Positions 46,400-57,422 of a DNA stretch of 64,000 nt are shown one piece after another (within the stretch, counting starts at the first letter, position 1; each line of letters begins with the position of its first letter). The DNA comes from Polyangiaceae bacterium (GTDB lineage Bacteria; Myxococcota_A; Polyangia; Polyangiales; Polyangiaceae). The stretch lies in the NCBI GenBank assembly GCA_965222375.1, contig CBDCTZ010000016.1:864001-928000 (forward strand). Reading direction: 5' to 3'. Made by a program: the position numbers and the translations under genes. The notes beneath the pieces were generated by a model. The model saw only the letters and a program-made list of their open reading frames with translations. It had not been told where the DNA came from and did no database searches.

Positions 46400-47977
46400 A
46401 TGTTTCGCTCGAAGAAGCGCCACGAGCTGCCGGACGCGCTGCGCGAAATGGGTGGCCTGAGCGACGGCATTTCCAGGCAGGCCCAGGAGCGAACCGGGGT
46501 GCCCGAGGCCGAGGCGTACGGTGTGGCCACCTTTTACCATCTGCTAGAGCGCCCTAACGTCAGCCTGCGTGTGTGCACGGGCCTGTGCTGTCGCATGGCT
46601 GGCGCCCAAGACGTCCTAGAAGCGGCGCACGCCATGGGGATCAGCAGTGAAGCTTGCTCATGCTTGGCCGCCTGCGATGTTCCACCCGCCGTGCTGCGTG
46701 GTCGACGCGTCTTGCCTCGCGTGAGCGTGGCGGCCCTCAAGAAAGCCAGAGACGCAGATGGACTCGACGCGCCGGATTGGAAAGGCGTCATCGGGCCCGA
46801 TCCCGGCGATCCCGACAAACTGGCCATGGATCTCTCGGCCGCTCCGGACTTCAGCGGCCACGCTTTCGCGGCCGCGAAGCAGCTCGGCCCGGATGGCGTC
46901 ATCAAGGCGATCGAAGTATCTGGGTTGCAGGGGAGAGGCGGCGCGGGGTTCCCGGCGCACATCAAGTGGAAGAGCGTTGCGTCCCAAGCCGAGAAGGTGC
47001 GCTACATCGTCTTGAACGCCGACGAAGGCGAACCGGGAACATTCAAGGATCGGGAGGTGCTTTTGCGCCGCCCAGATCTCGTCCTCGAAGGCATGGCCAT
47101 CGCCGCAGCCGCGGTGGGCGCAACCGAAGCCTATCTCTATCTGCGTGGCGAATTCGAGATCCCCTGGGGCATCGTCGATGCGGCCATCACCAAGTTCACC
47201 GAACAGGGCACCTTCGGCGAGATCAGCTTTCACATGCACGCAGGCAATGGCGCCTACATCTGTGGGGAGGAGACCGCGCTGCTCGAGGCCCTCGAGGGCA
47301 AGCGGGGCATGCCGCGGCTCAAGCCGCCCTTTCCGACGGAGTACGGGCTGTGGGGCAAACCCACCCTGATGCACAACGTCGAGACCATCGCCTGCGTGCC
47401 CGCCATCGTCGCTCGCGGCGGGGAGTGGTTCAAGAAGTTGGGCAAGACTGAAGCGGGCAGCAAGCTGTACTGCGTCAGCGGGGACGTGGAGCGACCTGGC
47501 ACCTATGAGCTTCCTCTGGGCGTCTGTTTGGACGAACTCGTTGCAGCCGCTGGTGGCTACGTTGGCGAGCTGCGGGCGTTCTCGCCGGGTGGTGCCAGCT
47601 CCGGTTTCCTGCCCGCGTCGGAACGCACGCGGCCCCTGGACTTCCGTGGTCTTGCCGAGGCTGGGTCGATGTTGGGCTCATCCGGCGTGGTCGTTTTGAA
47701 TCAAGAGGCGGATCTCAAAAGCGCGGTGGCGGACCAACTGCGCTTCTTCGAGGACGAGAGTTGCGGCCAGTGCGCGCCCTGCCGCATTGGCACCCGCTAC
47801 TTGCGCGAGTCCTTTGCCAAGCACGCCGACGCACCCGACGTCGGCGTTGAAGCATTGCGTCACGCAGCAGAGGTGGCCTGGGAGATGAACGAAGGCTCGA
47901 TCTGTGGACTCGGTCAGGCGGCGCCATTACCTTTGACTAGCGCCATGAAGCACTTTCCCGAGGAGTTCAAAGGGTGA
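46400..47977 (+). CDS. NAD-linked formate dehydrogenase diaphorase subunit (NuoE-like 2Fe-2S domain fused to NuoF-like FMN/4Fe-4S domain)
   Basis: VATFY...VCTGLCC...CLAACD; SGLQGRGGAGFP, NADEGEPGTFKDR, GAYICGEETALL, ESCGQCAPCRIG...SICGLG. Confidence 0.92.
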   Translation: MFRSKKRHELPDALREMGGLSDGISRQAQERTGVPEAEAYGVATFYHLLERPNVSLRVCTGLCCRMAGAQDVLEAAHAMGISSEACSCLAACDVPPAVLRGRRVLPRVSVAALKKARDADGLDAPDWKGVIGPDPGDPDKLAMDLSAAPDFSGHAFAAAKQLGPDGVIKAIEVSGLQGRGGAGFPAHIKWKSVASQAEKVRYIVLNADEGEPGTFKDREVLLRRPDLVLEGMAIAAAAVGATEAYLYLRGEFEIPWGIVDAAITKFTEQGTFGEISFHMHAGNGAYICGEETALLEALEGKRGMPRLKPPFPTEYGLWGKPTLMHNVETIACVPAIVARGGEWFKKLGKTEAGSKLYCVSGDVERPGTYELPLGVCLDELVAAAGGYVGELRAFSPGGASSGFLPASERTRPLDFRGLAEAGSMLGSSGVVVLNQEADLKSAVADQLRFFEDESCGQCAPCRIGTRYLRESFAKHADAPDVGVEALRHAAEVAWEMNEGSICGLGQAAPLPLTSAMKHFPEEFKG

Positions 47978-50700
47978 AGCTTCAGCTCGACGGCAAGAGC
48001 GTGGAGTTCGAAGCAGGGGAAACGCTGCTGGAAGTGGCGCGTCGCCATGGCAAGGACATCCCGACGCTATGCCACGACCCGCGTCTCGAGCCCGTGGGCG
48101 CGTGTCGCACTTGCCTCGTGGAGGTCGACGGCTTTCGTCGCATGCCCCCATCCTGCGCCACGCAGGCCGCCGAGGGCATGAAAGTCCTCACGGATAGCGA
48201 ACGCATTCAGCGCCACCGCCAAGCACTTCTGTCGCTGTACCTAACGGATCATCCCGAGGAACCCACCGAGCAACTCAGCGAAAACCAGCTCCTGGGGATG
48301 GCGGAGCAATGCGGCGCCGCAGGCGACTGGGGCAAGATGGCCTCGGAGCGCGCGGGCCGTCGTGAAGACCGCAACCCCTACGTGCACTTCCAGCCCGAGC
48401 TGTGCATTCTGTGTGCGCGCTGCACGCGCTACTGTAACGAAGTCGAAGCAGTCAACGCCATCACCTTGGCTCACCGCGGCGCCAAGACCACGATCGCGAC
48501 CGTTGATCAGCGATCCTTGATGGATACCAGCTGTGAACTCTGTGGCGGTTGCATCGACGTGTGCCCCACCGGCGCCATGACCGAGAAGCTGCCGCTGACC
48601 CGCGACGTCAAGCCGGGCAAGCACCTCAAGGTCGTGCGCAGCACTTGCAACTACTGCGGCGTGGGCTGCCAGCTGGACTTGAACGTCGACCCGGCGGCCA
48701 ACGACGGTCGCGGCAAGGTCGTGCGAGTGACCAGCCCGGAAACGGGTACCACGACCAATGACGGCAACCTCTGCGTCAAAGGTCGCTTCGCTTACGACTT
48801 CGTCGATCATCCCGATCGCTTGACGGTCCCCTTGATTCGCCAACCCGATGGGCAATTCAAAGAGGCAAGTTGGGACGAGGCTATCCGCGTTGCAGCCGAA
48901 GGCCTGAGCCGTGTCAAAGCCAAGCATGGCGCCAACGCTTTGGGCTTCGTCAGCTCGTCGCGTTGCACTATGGAGGACAACTACTTGGTGCAGAAGCTTT
49001 CGCGAGCTGCCTTCGGCACCAACAACTGTCATCAGTGTGCAGCTACCTGACACGCCCCGACGGTGGCCGGGCTGGTCACCACGTTTGGCGCGGGGGCGAT
49101 GACCAACTCGATCCAGGAGATCCGCGACGCCGATTTCTTGTTCGTCATCGGCAGCAATACGACCGAGGCGCACCCGATCATTGCCATGGAGATGAAGCGG
49201 GCCGTGGGCCGCGGTGCGACGCTGGTCGTGGCGGATCCGCGAAGCATTTGGCTCAGCCAGATCGCAGATAGACATCTGCAACTGCGCCCGGGCACGGACG
49301 TGTGGCTACTGAATGCCATGGCGCATGTGATCGTGACCGAGGGCCTGGTCGACAAGGAATTCATCGCCAAGCACACCGAAGGCTACGAATCCGTGGCCGA
49401 AGCGGTTCAAGGCTACACCCCCGAAGAAGCCGAGAAGGTCACCGGGACCCCTGCCGACGACATACGTTGGACCGCGCGGCGCTACGCCCAGACCGACAAG
49501 GCGGGGATCTACTACACCCTGGGCATCACCGAGCATTCCCACGGCACCGACAACGTCTACGCCCTCGCCAATCTGGTGCTGATGACGGGGCACCTGGGCA
49601 AAGCCTCTTCCGGCATGAACCCGCTTCGCGGGCAGAACAACGTGCAGGGCGCCAACGATGCGGGCGCGACGCCGGTGTTCTTCCCGGGTTACCAGCGGGT
49701 GGACGACCCCGAGGTCATTGCGAAATACGAGAAGTCGTGGGGCGTGAAGCTCGACCCGGCGCCCGGCATGAACCTCAACGTGATGATGAAGGAGGTTGGC
49801 AAGCAGATCCGCGGCCTCTACGTCATGGGGGAGGACATCTTGCTATCCGAGCCCAACGTCAGCCGCTTGGAAGAGGGCATGAACCAGATCGAGTTCTTGG
49901 TGCTTCAGGACGCCTTCATGAACGAAACTGCGCGTTATGCCGACGTGATTTTGCCCGCAGCGATTTTCGCCGAGAAGGAAGGCACCTTCACGAACTCCGA
50001 GCGTCGCGTGCAGCGCGTGCGCAAGGCCGTCGAGCCCCCGGGTCAGGCGCGCCCGGATTGGGAGATCGTGGTCGACTTGGCCAATGCCGTCGGTGCGAGC
50101 TGGAGCTTCGACTCCGCAGCTGACGTGTATGCGGAGATGGTTCGTGACGCGCCAAAGTTTTCCGGCATCAGCCATGAGCGCGTAGACAGCGAAGGCGGCC
50201 TTCAGTGGCCCTGTCCCACCCCCGACCATCCGGGAACGCGCTTCTTGCATGAAGGTGGCGTGTTGCGCGGCAAGGGTCAGTTCCAAGCCGTTCACTATCG
50301 GCCCAGTGAAGAGCTGCCCGACCACGAATACACTCTGGTGCTCTCAACCGGTCGCACGCTCTACCACTACAACGCGGCGACTCAGACCCGACGCGAATCC
50401 GGGCTCAGTGCCAAACAGCCCCGCATGTTCGTGCAGATCCATCCCTTCGACGCCAAGTCTCGCGGGATCCGCAACGGCGAGCGCGTCGAAGTGTTCAGCC
50501 GCCGGGGCACCATCTTCGCCGATGCGGTGGTGACCAAAGAAGTACGCCGCGGCTGCATTTGGATCCCACTGCACTTTGCCGAGGCCCGCGCCAACCTGCT
50601 GACCAACGACGCCGGCGACGCCGTGACCCAAACCGCCGAATACAAGGTTTGCGCCGCAGAAGTGCGCAAATTGGTCGAGCAGGCAATCAGCGCTGAGTGA
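47974..50700 (+). CDS. fdhF: Formate dehydrogenase alpha subunit, selenocysteine-containing (TGA 49048-49050 read as Sec; about 908 aa)
   Basis: N-terminal 2Fe-2S and 4Fe-4S motifs, CNYCGVGC, LCVKG, CAAT-UGA-HAPTVAGL in frame, LRGQNNVQG, molybdopterin-binding C-terminus. Confidence 0.93.
49051..49098 (+). promoter_or_regulatory. Bacterial SECIS element
   Basis: Stem GGTGGCC(49062-68)/GGTCACC(49074-80) with GGGCT loop starting 11 nt after the UGA; possible lower stem CGCCCC/GGGGCG. Confidence 0.82.
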
Positions 50701-50822
50701 GCGGCCGGCGCACCTGCTTGCAGCCCGTGCGTGTTTGGGTGACCCGGTGCGCGGGCGGCACGTCCGTACGCCGAAAACTTCTATTCGTCCGCAAGTCCGT
50801 GGGGTGATAGACTCGCTGTTCG

Positions 50823-51866
50823 ATGCGGCACCCATCAACGGCCCTACTGAGCACCCTAGTCGCCCTGGGGTGTTCATCCCCGCAATTCGAGGTTGGAGGC
50901 GAGGGCGGCAAGGATGGTTTCGCGGGCAGCGGCGGCAGCGCCTGGCCCGACGCGAGCGTGGGTGGATCGAGCGCAACAGGTGGTGTTGGAGGCAGTTCGG
51001 GTGCGGCAGGTAGCTCGGGAGCAAGTGGCACCGGCGGCAGTTCGGGCTGCGCCACCGCTGAGACTTGCTTGCCGGCCGTGCCCCCTGGGGGGTGGACTGG
51101 CCCGGTGACCATTGCCCAGGGCAGCACCACGGCGTTGTGTCAGGGGGGATGGACGCAGGATGCGAGCTTGTCAGCCAAGCAGGGCCTCGACGGAGGCGCG
51201 GAAGCTTGCAGCTGTAGTTGCACCGGTGACCCAGGCTGCGGTTCGCAAATCACCGTGACGGGCTCGGGAGTCGCGGGCTGTGGCACGCCCTGCGATTCCA
51301 GCTTCTTTCTCGGTTCGACCTGCCAGAAGCTTCCAACTTGCTCGAAGTACATGAAGCTCAGCCCATTGAACGTCAACAAAAAATGCGCAGGCAAGAAAAC
51401 GGAGGCGATTCCCGCGCCATCGTGGCAGACCGAGGTCACCGCCTGCAGGGCGACCGGCGCGTCTTGTGCGAACGGCGGTGTGTGTGCACCCGCCGTGCTG
51501 TCACCCTTCGACCGGTTTTGCATTGCGCGGGTCGGTGATATCGCGACTTGCCCCGCGGGCTACCCCAACCGAGAGCTCGCCCACAAGGCCTTCTTGGATA
51601 CCCGCGCCTGCGACGGCGCCTGCACCTGCAGCGGCTTCATCACCAACAAGAGCGAAGTGAAGGTCTACGCCGGTGGCGGCTGTGGTGGTGCAGGTACAAC
51701 GAACGCCGCCAAACTTGGCGGCTCCTGCTACATGACGACCTTTGCCTCTCCCCCAGTGGATCTATCCGTGAAGTTCTTCAGCAGCTGCAGCTGTAAGCCC
51801 GAGTCGATCAGTATGACTGGCAACCTCAAAGGGGTTCAGCCCGTCACGTACTGTTGCACGACCTGA
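50823..51866 (+). CDS. Cys-rich lipoprotein with Gly-rich linker
   Basis: ALGC lipobox; CSCSC, FCIARVGD..CP.GYP, DTRAC..C.C, TYCCTT end. Confidence 0.75.
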   Translation: MRHPSTALLSTLVALGCSSPQFEVGGEGGKDGFAGSGGSAWPDASVGGSSATGGVGGSSGAAGSSGASGTGGSSGCATAETCLPAVPPGGWTGPVTIAQGSTTALCQGGWTQDASLSAKQGLDGGAEACSCSCTGDPGCGSQITVTGSGVAGCGTPCDSSFFLGSTCQKLPTCSKYMKLSPLNVNKKCAGKKTEAIPAPSWQTEVTACRATGASCANGGVCAPAVLSPFDRFCIARVGDIATCPAGYPNRELAHKAFLDTRACDGACTCSGFITNKSEVKVYAGGGCGGAGTTNAAKLGGSCYMTTFASPPVDLSVKFFSSCSCKPESISMTGNLKGVQPVTYCCTT

Positions 51867-51971
51867 GCGTCGCAGCGAAGCTGCACGCCTCGCGAGCGGT
51901 TCACTCCGCGACGATCATTCTGCGCTCAGCGAAATCCGCGAGCCACCAACCGCCGTGGTACAGTGGGGTTC

Positions 51972-53024
51972 ATGGGATACTCGACGGCCACGCTGTGTCT
52001 TCTGTCCCTTGCTCTCGCCTGCTCGTCCCCCAAGTTCGAGGTCGTGGGGGACGGCGGCACCGACGCGGGTGGTGCTGGCGGTCAAGATGCCAGCGCGGGT
52101 GGCTCGAGCGGAAGCGGCGGCAGCTCGGCAAGCGGTGGCCTGGCGGGCGGCACGGCCACGGGTGGGCTGGCTGGAACTGCGGGCGCCGGTGGCGGCACGG
52201 GTGGCAACACCGGTTGCAACGGGCAGGAGGTCTGTGCGCCTCAGCTGCCCTCGGGTTGGTTCGGTCCCTTCGCAGTCGCCCGGCAACAAGGTGCCTTTGC
52301 TGAACCAACTTGTCCGGCGGGCTGGTCCAACGATCCGGCCTTCTCGGCGAATCAGAAGCTGCAGCCTGGTCCCTCCTGCTCCTGCACCTGTGGAGGCAGC
52401 GCCAGCTGCTCGGGCAAGATCGAGGTCACCGCTTTTGCGGAAACAGGAAGTTGCACGACCCCGTGTATCGGCCCTTTCACGCTGGACTCGAGCTGTCAGT
52501 TCCTTCCTAGCGGTTGCGGTTCCCGGATCCAGATTCAAGCGGCCACCATAGACAACAACTGCGATCCGCTTTCGACTTCCGTACCCGCGCCGAAGTGGGA
52601 CTTCAAGCTGACCAGCTGCGGTTCATCAGGCGGCGACCAATGCATCGACGGCGGGCTGTGCTTTCCGCGGGTTGACCCGCCCTTCAACCGAATCTGCATC
52701 GCGAAGCAGGGCGATGTTCCGTGCAGCGAGCCTGGTTACTCGAACAAAGAGCTCGGTCACAAGAATTACTCAGACACTCGCAAGTGCACAGGCAAGTGCA
52801 AGTGTGACGTTTTTGATCCCGGCACGGTCAACGTTCACCCCCAAGGAGGCTGCACTACGCCGGCGGCCAAGATCAAGGCGACGCAGGGCGTGCAATGCCA
52901 ACCCGGCGTCGACACCGGCCCGCTCAACTTCACCATGGGTGCGTGCAATTGCACGCCAAGCGGCTTGGGTACGACCGGCGCGGCAACGGCGACGAATCCC
53001 ATCACCTACTGCTGTACGACCTGA
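51972..53024 (+). CDS. Cys-rich lipoprotein, tandem paralog of 50823-51866
   Basis: LALAC lipobox; shared CSSP.FEV start, CSCTC, ICIAKQGD, DTRKC, TYCCTT end. Confidence 0.75.
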   Translation: MGYSTATLCLLSLALACSSPKFEVVGDGGTDAGGAGGQDASAGGSSGSGGSSASGGLAGGTATGGLAGTAGAGGGTGGNTGCNGQEVCAPQLPSGWFGPFAVARQQGAFAEPTCPAGWSNDPAFSANQKLQPGPSCSCTCGGSASCSGKIEVTAFAETGSCTTPCIGPFTLDSSCQFLPSGCGSRIQIQAATIDNNCDPLSTSVPAPKWDFKLTSCGSSGGDQCIDGGLCFPRVDPPFNRICIAKQGDVPCSEPGYSNKELGHKNYSDTRKCTGKCKCDVFDPGTVNVHPQGGCTTPAAKIKATQGVQCQPGVDTGPLNFTMGACNCTPSGLGTTGAATATNPITYCCTT

Positions 53025-53336
53025 GCGAAGCTTGGCAGGTTCGACAAGAGCGTCGCGACTGGCGGGACTCCTCCCTTCGGACCCCCGCTGATTTGGTTTG
53101 AGGCTTGGGTGTCGGGGGTCGCATTCCTGCCGCACGTTGGGCCACTACTCTCGACTTGGGCCCGGCGTCGGCGCCGGCAAAAGGGATCAATGGTCGCGCA
53201 CGCAGCGCACGCGGTTTTCCGCCGTCCGGCTGTACCAAAGCTGAGGTCACGGAGTAGGTTGGGGCATGCACTAGCCGATGCACCACCAGACGCAGCAATC
53301 CCGTCTGCCCACGATTTCCAATGCTAAGCTAGTCGC

Positions 53337-54164
53337 ATGAGCTACGTCAGGGGCTTACATCTCCCCGCGCTGTTTTGCATTGGATTCGGGTTGGCGTTGC
53401 TGGGCTGCAGCGAGGACGCGTCGGACAGCACGCCCGGCGGCACGGGAGCGAGCAGCGGAGCCGGTGGAGTGGGCGCTGCAGGCTCCGGTGGCACCGCGGG
53501 TAGCGGCGGCACGGGTGGCGGAGGTGCTTCTGGCGGAGCCGGTGGTGGGCAAGCCGGTAGCTCCGGGAGCGCGGGCAGCGATGCGGGCGTGCCTGCGATG
53601 AGCTTCTTCGTGACCAGTGTTGGCAACGGTGCCAAGGGTGGCGACTACGGCGGTCTGAGCGGTGCCGACGCGCGTTGTCAGAGTCTTGCGGAGGCCGTGG
53701 GCAGCGTCGGACTCACTTGGCACGCTTACCTGAGCACGAACGGTGTCAACGGTGGCACCGCAGTGGACGCACGGGATCGGGTTGGTAGCGGTCCCTGGTA
53801 CAATTCTGCTGGCAAGTTGGTGGCGAAAGACGTGGCCGAGCTTCATGGTCCCAATGGTCTCGACCCCAGCCTGCTGATTGACGAAAAGGGCCAATCACCG
53901 CATCCGACCGTGCCAGGGCCCGAGCACGACATCCTGACGGGATCCAAGCAGGACGGTACAGCCCGCGCGAACCTCACCTGCAAGGACTGGACGTCGAGTT
54001 CGAGCGGAGACAAGGGCTGGGTTGGCCACACGGACTGGTCGCTGCGGGTGAACCCGCCGACCAAGGTCCAGTCCTGGAACTCGGTGCATTCATCCAACTG
54101 CGATGAGGCCGGGCTGAAAAAGAACTTCGGGACCGGGCGTTTGTACTGTTTCGCCATCGATTGA
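53337..54164 (+). CDS. Lipoprotein with DUF1554/endostatin-like (lectin-like) domain
   Basis: LLGC lipobox; MSFFVTS...GGLSGADARCQSLA...WHAYLS...ARDRVGSGPWYN...HDILTGS...LYCFA. Confidence 0.82.
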   Translation: MSYVRGLHLPALFCIGFGLALLGCSEDASDSTPGGTGASSGAGGVGAAGSGGTAGSGGTGGGGASGGAGGGQAGSSGSAGSDAGVPAMSFFVTSVGNGAKGGDYGGLSGADARCQSLAEAVGSVGLTWHAYLSTNGVNGGTAVDARDRVGSGPWYNSAGKLVAKDVAELHGPNGLDPSLLIDEKGQSPHPTVPGPEHDILTGSKQDGTARANLTCKDWTSSSSGDKGWVGHTDWSLRVNPPTKVQSWNSVHSSNCDEAGLKKNFGTGRLYCFAID

Positions 54165-54200
54165 ATGCGGCGGACCTGCCTCGCATCAGAGGTGCGCACG

Positions 54201-55118
54201 ATGCTTTTGCTCGAACGTTCAAGTCGCTGGATTCTATTGGGCTCCATGGGCGCCGCCCTGGCCGGCCTAGCCGCATTGGGCTGCTCGTCGAGTGGCTCCG
54301 GGGGAGGCGGCAACGGCGCTTCTGCGGGCAGTGGAGCGACTGCTGGCAGCGGCGCGTCCGCCGGAAGCGGAGCGTCGGCCGGAAGCGGCGCTTCGGGTGG
54401 CAGTGGCGGTGCTGGTGCCTCGGGTGGAACGGGCGGCACCGCGACGGGTGGGAGCGCAGGCACCGGAGCGTCTGCCGGAACCGGTGGAACTGGAGGCAGC
54501 GGCGGCGTCGAGATCTGCAACAACGGCGTCGAAGACAATGGCGACCCCTACAAAGACTGTGATGACCCCCAGTGCTTCAACGACCCGGGCTGCATTGCTA
54601 CAGATCTCTCCAGTCTGAAGATGCCGGGCTACACCCAGTGCGGCAAGGCCGTCAGCTTCACCAACGCGGATTCGGATCAGGTCTGCCAGGACTATGCGCT
54701 ATCCAGCTTTCCCAGCTTTGGGTCGAAGTGCCAGTTCGCCACCTACGACGGAACCATCACGTTCTATTGTTCTCCGGCGAAAGACGCGATTGGCGTGCGC
54801 TGGGTCGTGCAGACTCAGGTGCCCTTCGAGACGATCGATGGCAAATACGTCATTTGGGAAAACCTCGGCGGCGAGTATCAGTTCCTCAACGGCGGCGGCT
54901 CGACCAATGGGCCACTGCACGGCGTTTTCGATATCGTTGGCAACACCGCATTGCACGAGCACTACGTCGGCTACGAGAAGCTGGGTGTGAAGGGCGATAC
55001 CAAGGGGACGCTCACGGAGTGGTTCGCACTGTGGGCCCAAACGGCCCCCGTCGCACCGCAAGTCGCTGGAGGGTTTTCCGTGGAGATCGACGCCGCCGCG
55101 CTATTCGGCGGAAAGTAA
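54201..55118 (+). CDS. Lipoprotein with GSGASA repeats and a Cys/Asp-rich repeat
   Basis: ALGC lipobox; (AGSGAS)n linker; EICNNGVEDNGDPYKDCDDPQC. Confidence 0.7.
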   Translation: MLLLERSSRWILLGSMGAALAGLAALGCSSSGSGGGGNGASAGSGATAGSGASAGSGASAGSGASGGSGGAGASGGTGGTATGGSAGTGASAGTGGTGGSGGVEICNNGVEDNGDPYKDCDDPQCFNDPGCIATDLSSLKMPGYTQCGKAVSFTNADSDQVCQDYALSSFPSFGSKCQFATYDGTITFYCSPAKDAIGVRWVVQTQVPFETIDGKYVIWENLGGEYQFLNGGGSTNGPLHGVFDIVGNTALHEHYVGYEKLGVKGDTKGTLTEWFALWAQTAPVAPQVAGGFSVEIDAAALFGGK

Positions 55119-55289
55119 CGTAGCCGGAGTTTCCGACCAGGGGCGATGCGTGAGCTTTCGGAGCGAGGGCTGGGCTGCGCGTGTTGCGCAGGGAGCCAGG
55201 GATCCGAACCGCCCCAAAAACCAGCTGCGGCCAATCGCTGAGGCTGCGGCCGAAACCACTCCATCTTTGGCGTCGTAGGCTTTGGACGC

Positions 55290-57410
55290 ATGGCTGCTTC
55301 GACGCGCGATCCTCTGAACCTGACCGGGACGGTTCTGGCCCAGAAGTACGAAATCGAGGAAGCCGTCGCCGAGGGCGGCTTTTCCATCGTCTACCGGGCC
55401 CGGCACAAGATTTGGAAAAAGCCCATTGCGATCAAGGTGTTCAATGCCTTGGCGCTGCCGCCCGGGGAGCTTCGAGATGCGCTCCAGGAGGCCTTTCTCA
55501 AGGAAGGTGCGCTGCTGGCGGAGCTGTCGAGCCTCTCGACGAGCATCGTTCAGGCCTGGGACGTGGGTACCCATACCAGTGAAGAAGGTAGTTGGTTTCC
55601 CTACCTCGTACTCGAGTGGCTCGAAGGCAAGGCTTTGGACCACGTGTTGGCCGAATGCCGCACGACGGATCGACCTTTGTTCACTCTCGGCGAGTGCATG
55701 CACTTGCTGGCACCTGTGGCGCACGCGCTCTCTCTGGCGCACAAGCGGGGAATCGCACATCGGGATTTGAAGCCCGAGAACGTCTTCGTGCTCGGCGACG
55801 TACGCGGTGATGGCGCGACCCTGAAGCTCCTCGACTTCGGTGTGGCCAAGGTCATGGACGAAAAAGTCGTGCGCGCTGCGTTGGCCAAAACCGGCGGCAC
55901 CATCAAGACCTTCACGCCTGAATACGGCGCACCCGAACAGTTCACGCGCTCCCGGGGCGCAACAGGGCCTTGGACGGACGTGTTCCAGCTGGCCTTGGTC
56001 ATGGTGGAGATGCTTAGCGGTACGCGCGCCCTGGTTGGCGCCAACACCGCCGAACTGGCGACGTGCTCCATTAACGCCGAGGTTCGACCGACTCCAAGGA
56101 ATCGCGGCACACTGCTACCAGGCGATATCGAGCACATTTTCGAACGCGCTCTGGCCGTGCAGCCCTCGGACCGCTACGAATCTGCCGCCGCCTTCTGGAG
56201 CGACCTGTCCGCTGCCGCCGAGGTGCGGACCGCCAGCAAGGGCTATTCGTCCCCGGCGCCGGTGTCACAACAGGTGCCGCCTTCCGCGGCGTCTTCCCGG
56301 GATAGCGTGGCGCTGCCGAGTAGTCCAGTTTCGCAGGCAGCCTCGGCCCCCTCCCACGAGGCGCCCCTGATCGCCATGACCGCAACAGAATCCGACACTC
56401 GGCACAGCGATCAACCGCAGGTGTACTCGAGCCCCGTAGTGAAGGCTCGGACGGTGATTCCCGTCGCGATCTGGATGGTTGGGCTGCTGGGGCTGGGGGC
56501 TTTGGGCGCGGTCGCGTTCTTCCTATGGCCCCGCGCTGAAGTGGCGAAGCTGCAGTCCGCGGCCGCCATCCCGCCAGATCTCTCCGGAGTGGCGCAACGC
56601 TTCCGCTGCCCGCCGGGCATGGTCAAGATCCCCGCTGGGCAGTTTTTCATGGGCTCTGACCTGGACGAGGCCACGCCCGCCGAAAAGCCTGCCTTTGCGG
56701 TGAAGCTGGACAGTTACTGCATCGATATCCACGAGGTCACCGTCGACCAATACTTGCAGTGCTCCAAGCAAGGTAAGTGCAAACGGCCTTCGACCACGGT
56801 TCGCTGGCCCAAGATCACGGACAAGCACAAGAAGACCTACTCAGAGGCCTGCAACGCCTCGGATCCGTCCCGGGGTAAGCACCCAATCAACTGCGTCGAC
56901 TACTTCATGGCCGAGCGCTATTGCGACATGCAGGGCGCTCGCCTGCCCACCGAGGCGGAGTGGGAGTTCGCTACGCGGGGTCCGGATGGGCGTGTCTACC
57001 CCTGGGGTGATGAGGCTCCCACCCCGTCCCACCTCAACGCTTGTGGAAGCGAGTGCGTGGCCTGGGGTGAGGAACGCGGGGAGCATTTCCCGGCCCTGTA
57101 TGAAGCGGACGACGGCTTTGCCACGACGGCTCCGGTCGGATCTTTTCCGAAAGGTGGGTCACGTTTTGGTCCCCAAGACGTGGCGGGAAATGTGTGGGAG
57201 TGGGTCGCCGACTGGCACGGTCCCTACGACAGCAAAGAAAAGACCAATCCTCGTGGACCCACCGAAGGCGAGCGCAAGGTGATCCGCGGCGGCGCCTTCA
57301 ATGGCAGCCAAGCCGGCTGGTTGCGCCCGAGCTTCCGCTACGCCCAGGAGCCCAGCGCCCTGTCCCACGGCATCGGTTTCCGGTGCGCTCGTAGCCTCGG
57401 AAAGCCCTGA
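55290..57410 (+). CDS. Ser/Thr protein kinase with TM and extracellular FGE-sulfatase (SUMF1-like) domain
   Basis: AIK, HRDLKPEN, DFG, APEQ; RLPTEAEWE, YPWG, AGNVWEW, RGG, IGFRCA. Confidence 0.93.
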   Translation: MAASTRDPLNLTGTVLAQKYEIEEAVAEGGFSIVYRARHKIWKKPIAIKVFNALALPPGELRDALQEAFLKEGALLAELSSLSTSIVQAWDVGTHTSEEGSWFPYLVLEWLEGKALDHVLAECRTTDRPLFTLGECMHLLAPVAHALSLAHKRGIAHRDLKPENVFVLGDVRGDGATLKLLDFGVAKVMDEKVVRAALAKTGGTIKTFTPEYGAPEQFTRSRGATGPWTDVFQLALVMVEMLSGTRALVGANTAELATCSINAEVRPTPRNRGTLLPGDIEHIFERALAVQPSDRYESAAAFWSDLSAAAEVRTASKGYSSPAPVSQQVPPSAASSRDSVALPSSPVSQAASAPSHEAPLIAMTATESDTRHSDQPQVYSSPVVKARTVIPVAIWMVGLLGLGALGAVAFFLWPRAEVAKLQSAAAIPPDLSGVAQRFRCPPGMVKIPAGQFFMGSDLDEATPAEKPAFAVKLDSYCIDIHEVTVDQYLQCSKQGKCKRPSTTVRWPKITDKHKKTYSEACNASDPSRGKHPINCVDYFMAERYCDMQGARLPTEAEWEFATRGPDGRVYPWGDEAPTPSHLNACGSECVAWGEERGEHFPALYEADDGFATTAPVGSFPKGGSRFGPQDVAGNVWEWVADWHGPYDSKEKTNPRGPTEGERKVIRGGAFNGSQAGWLRPSFRYAQEPSALSHGIGFRCARSLGKP

Positions 57411-57422
57411 CTTGCTCGCGGC

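Noticed and set aside
49048..49063. fdh alpha as a pseudogene or as two genes (47974-49050 and 49063-50700)
   Set aside because: The TGA is in frame at the catalytic Cys/Sec position and is followed by a SECIS-like hairpin
53055..53130. Hairpin GACCCCCG...CGGGGGTC with nearby CTCCTCCC as a cuckoo-type RNA
   Set aside because: Single motif not located in a hairpin loop, with no promoter or U-tail; at most a weak terminator or REP-like element
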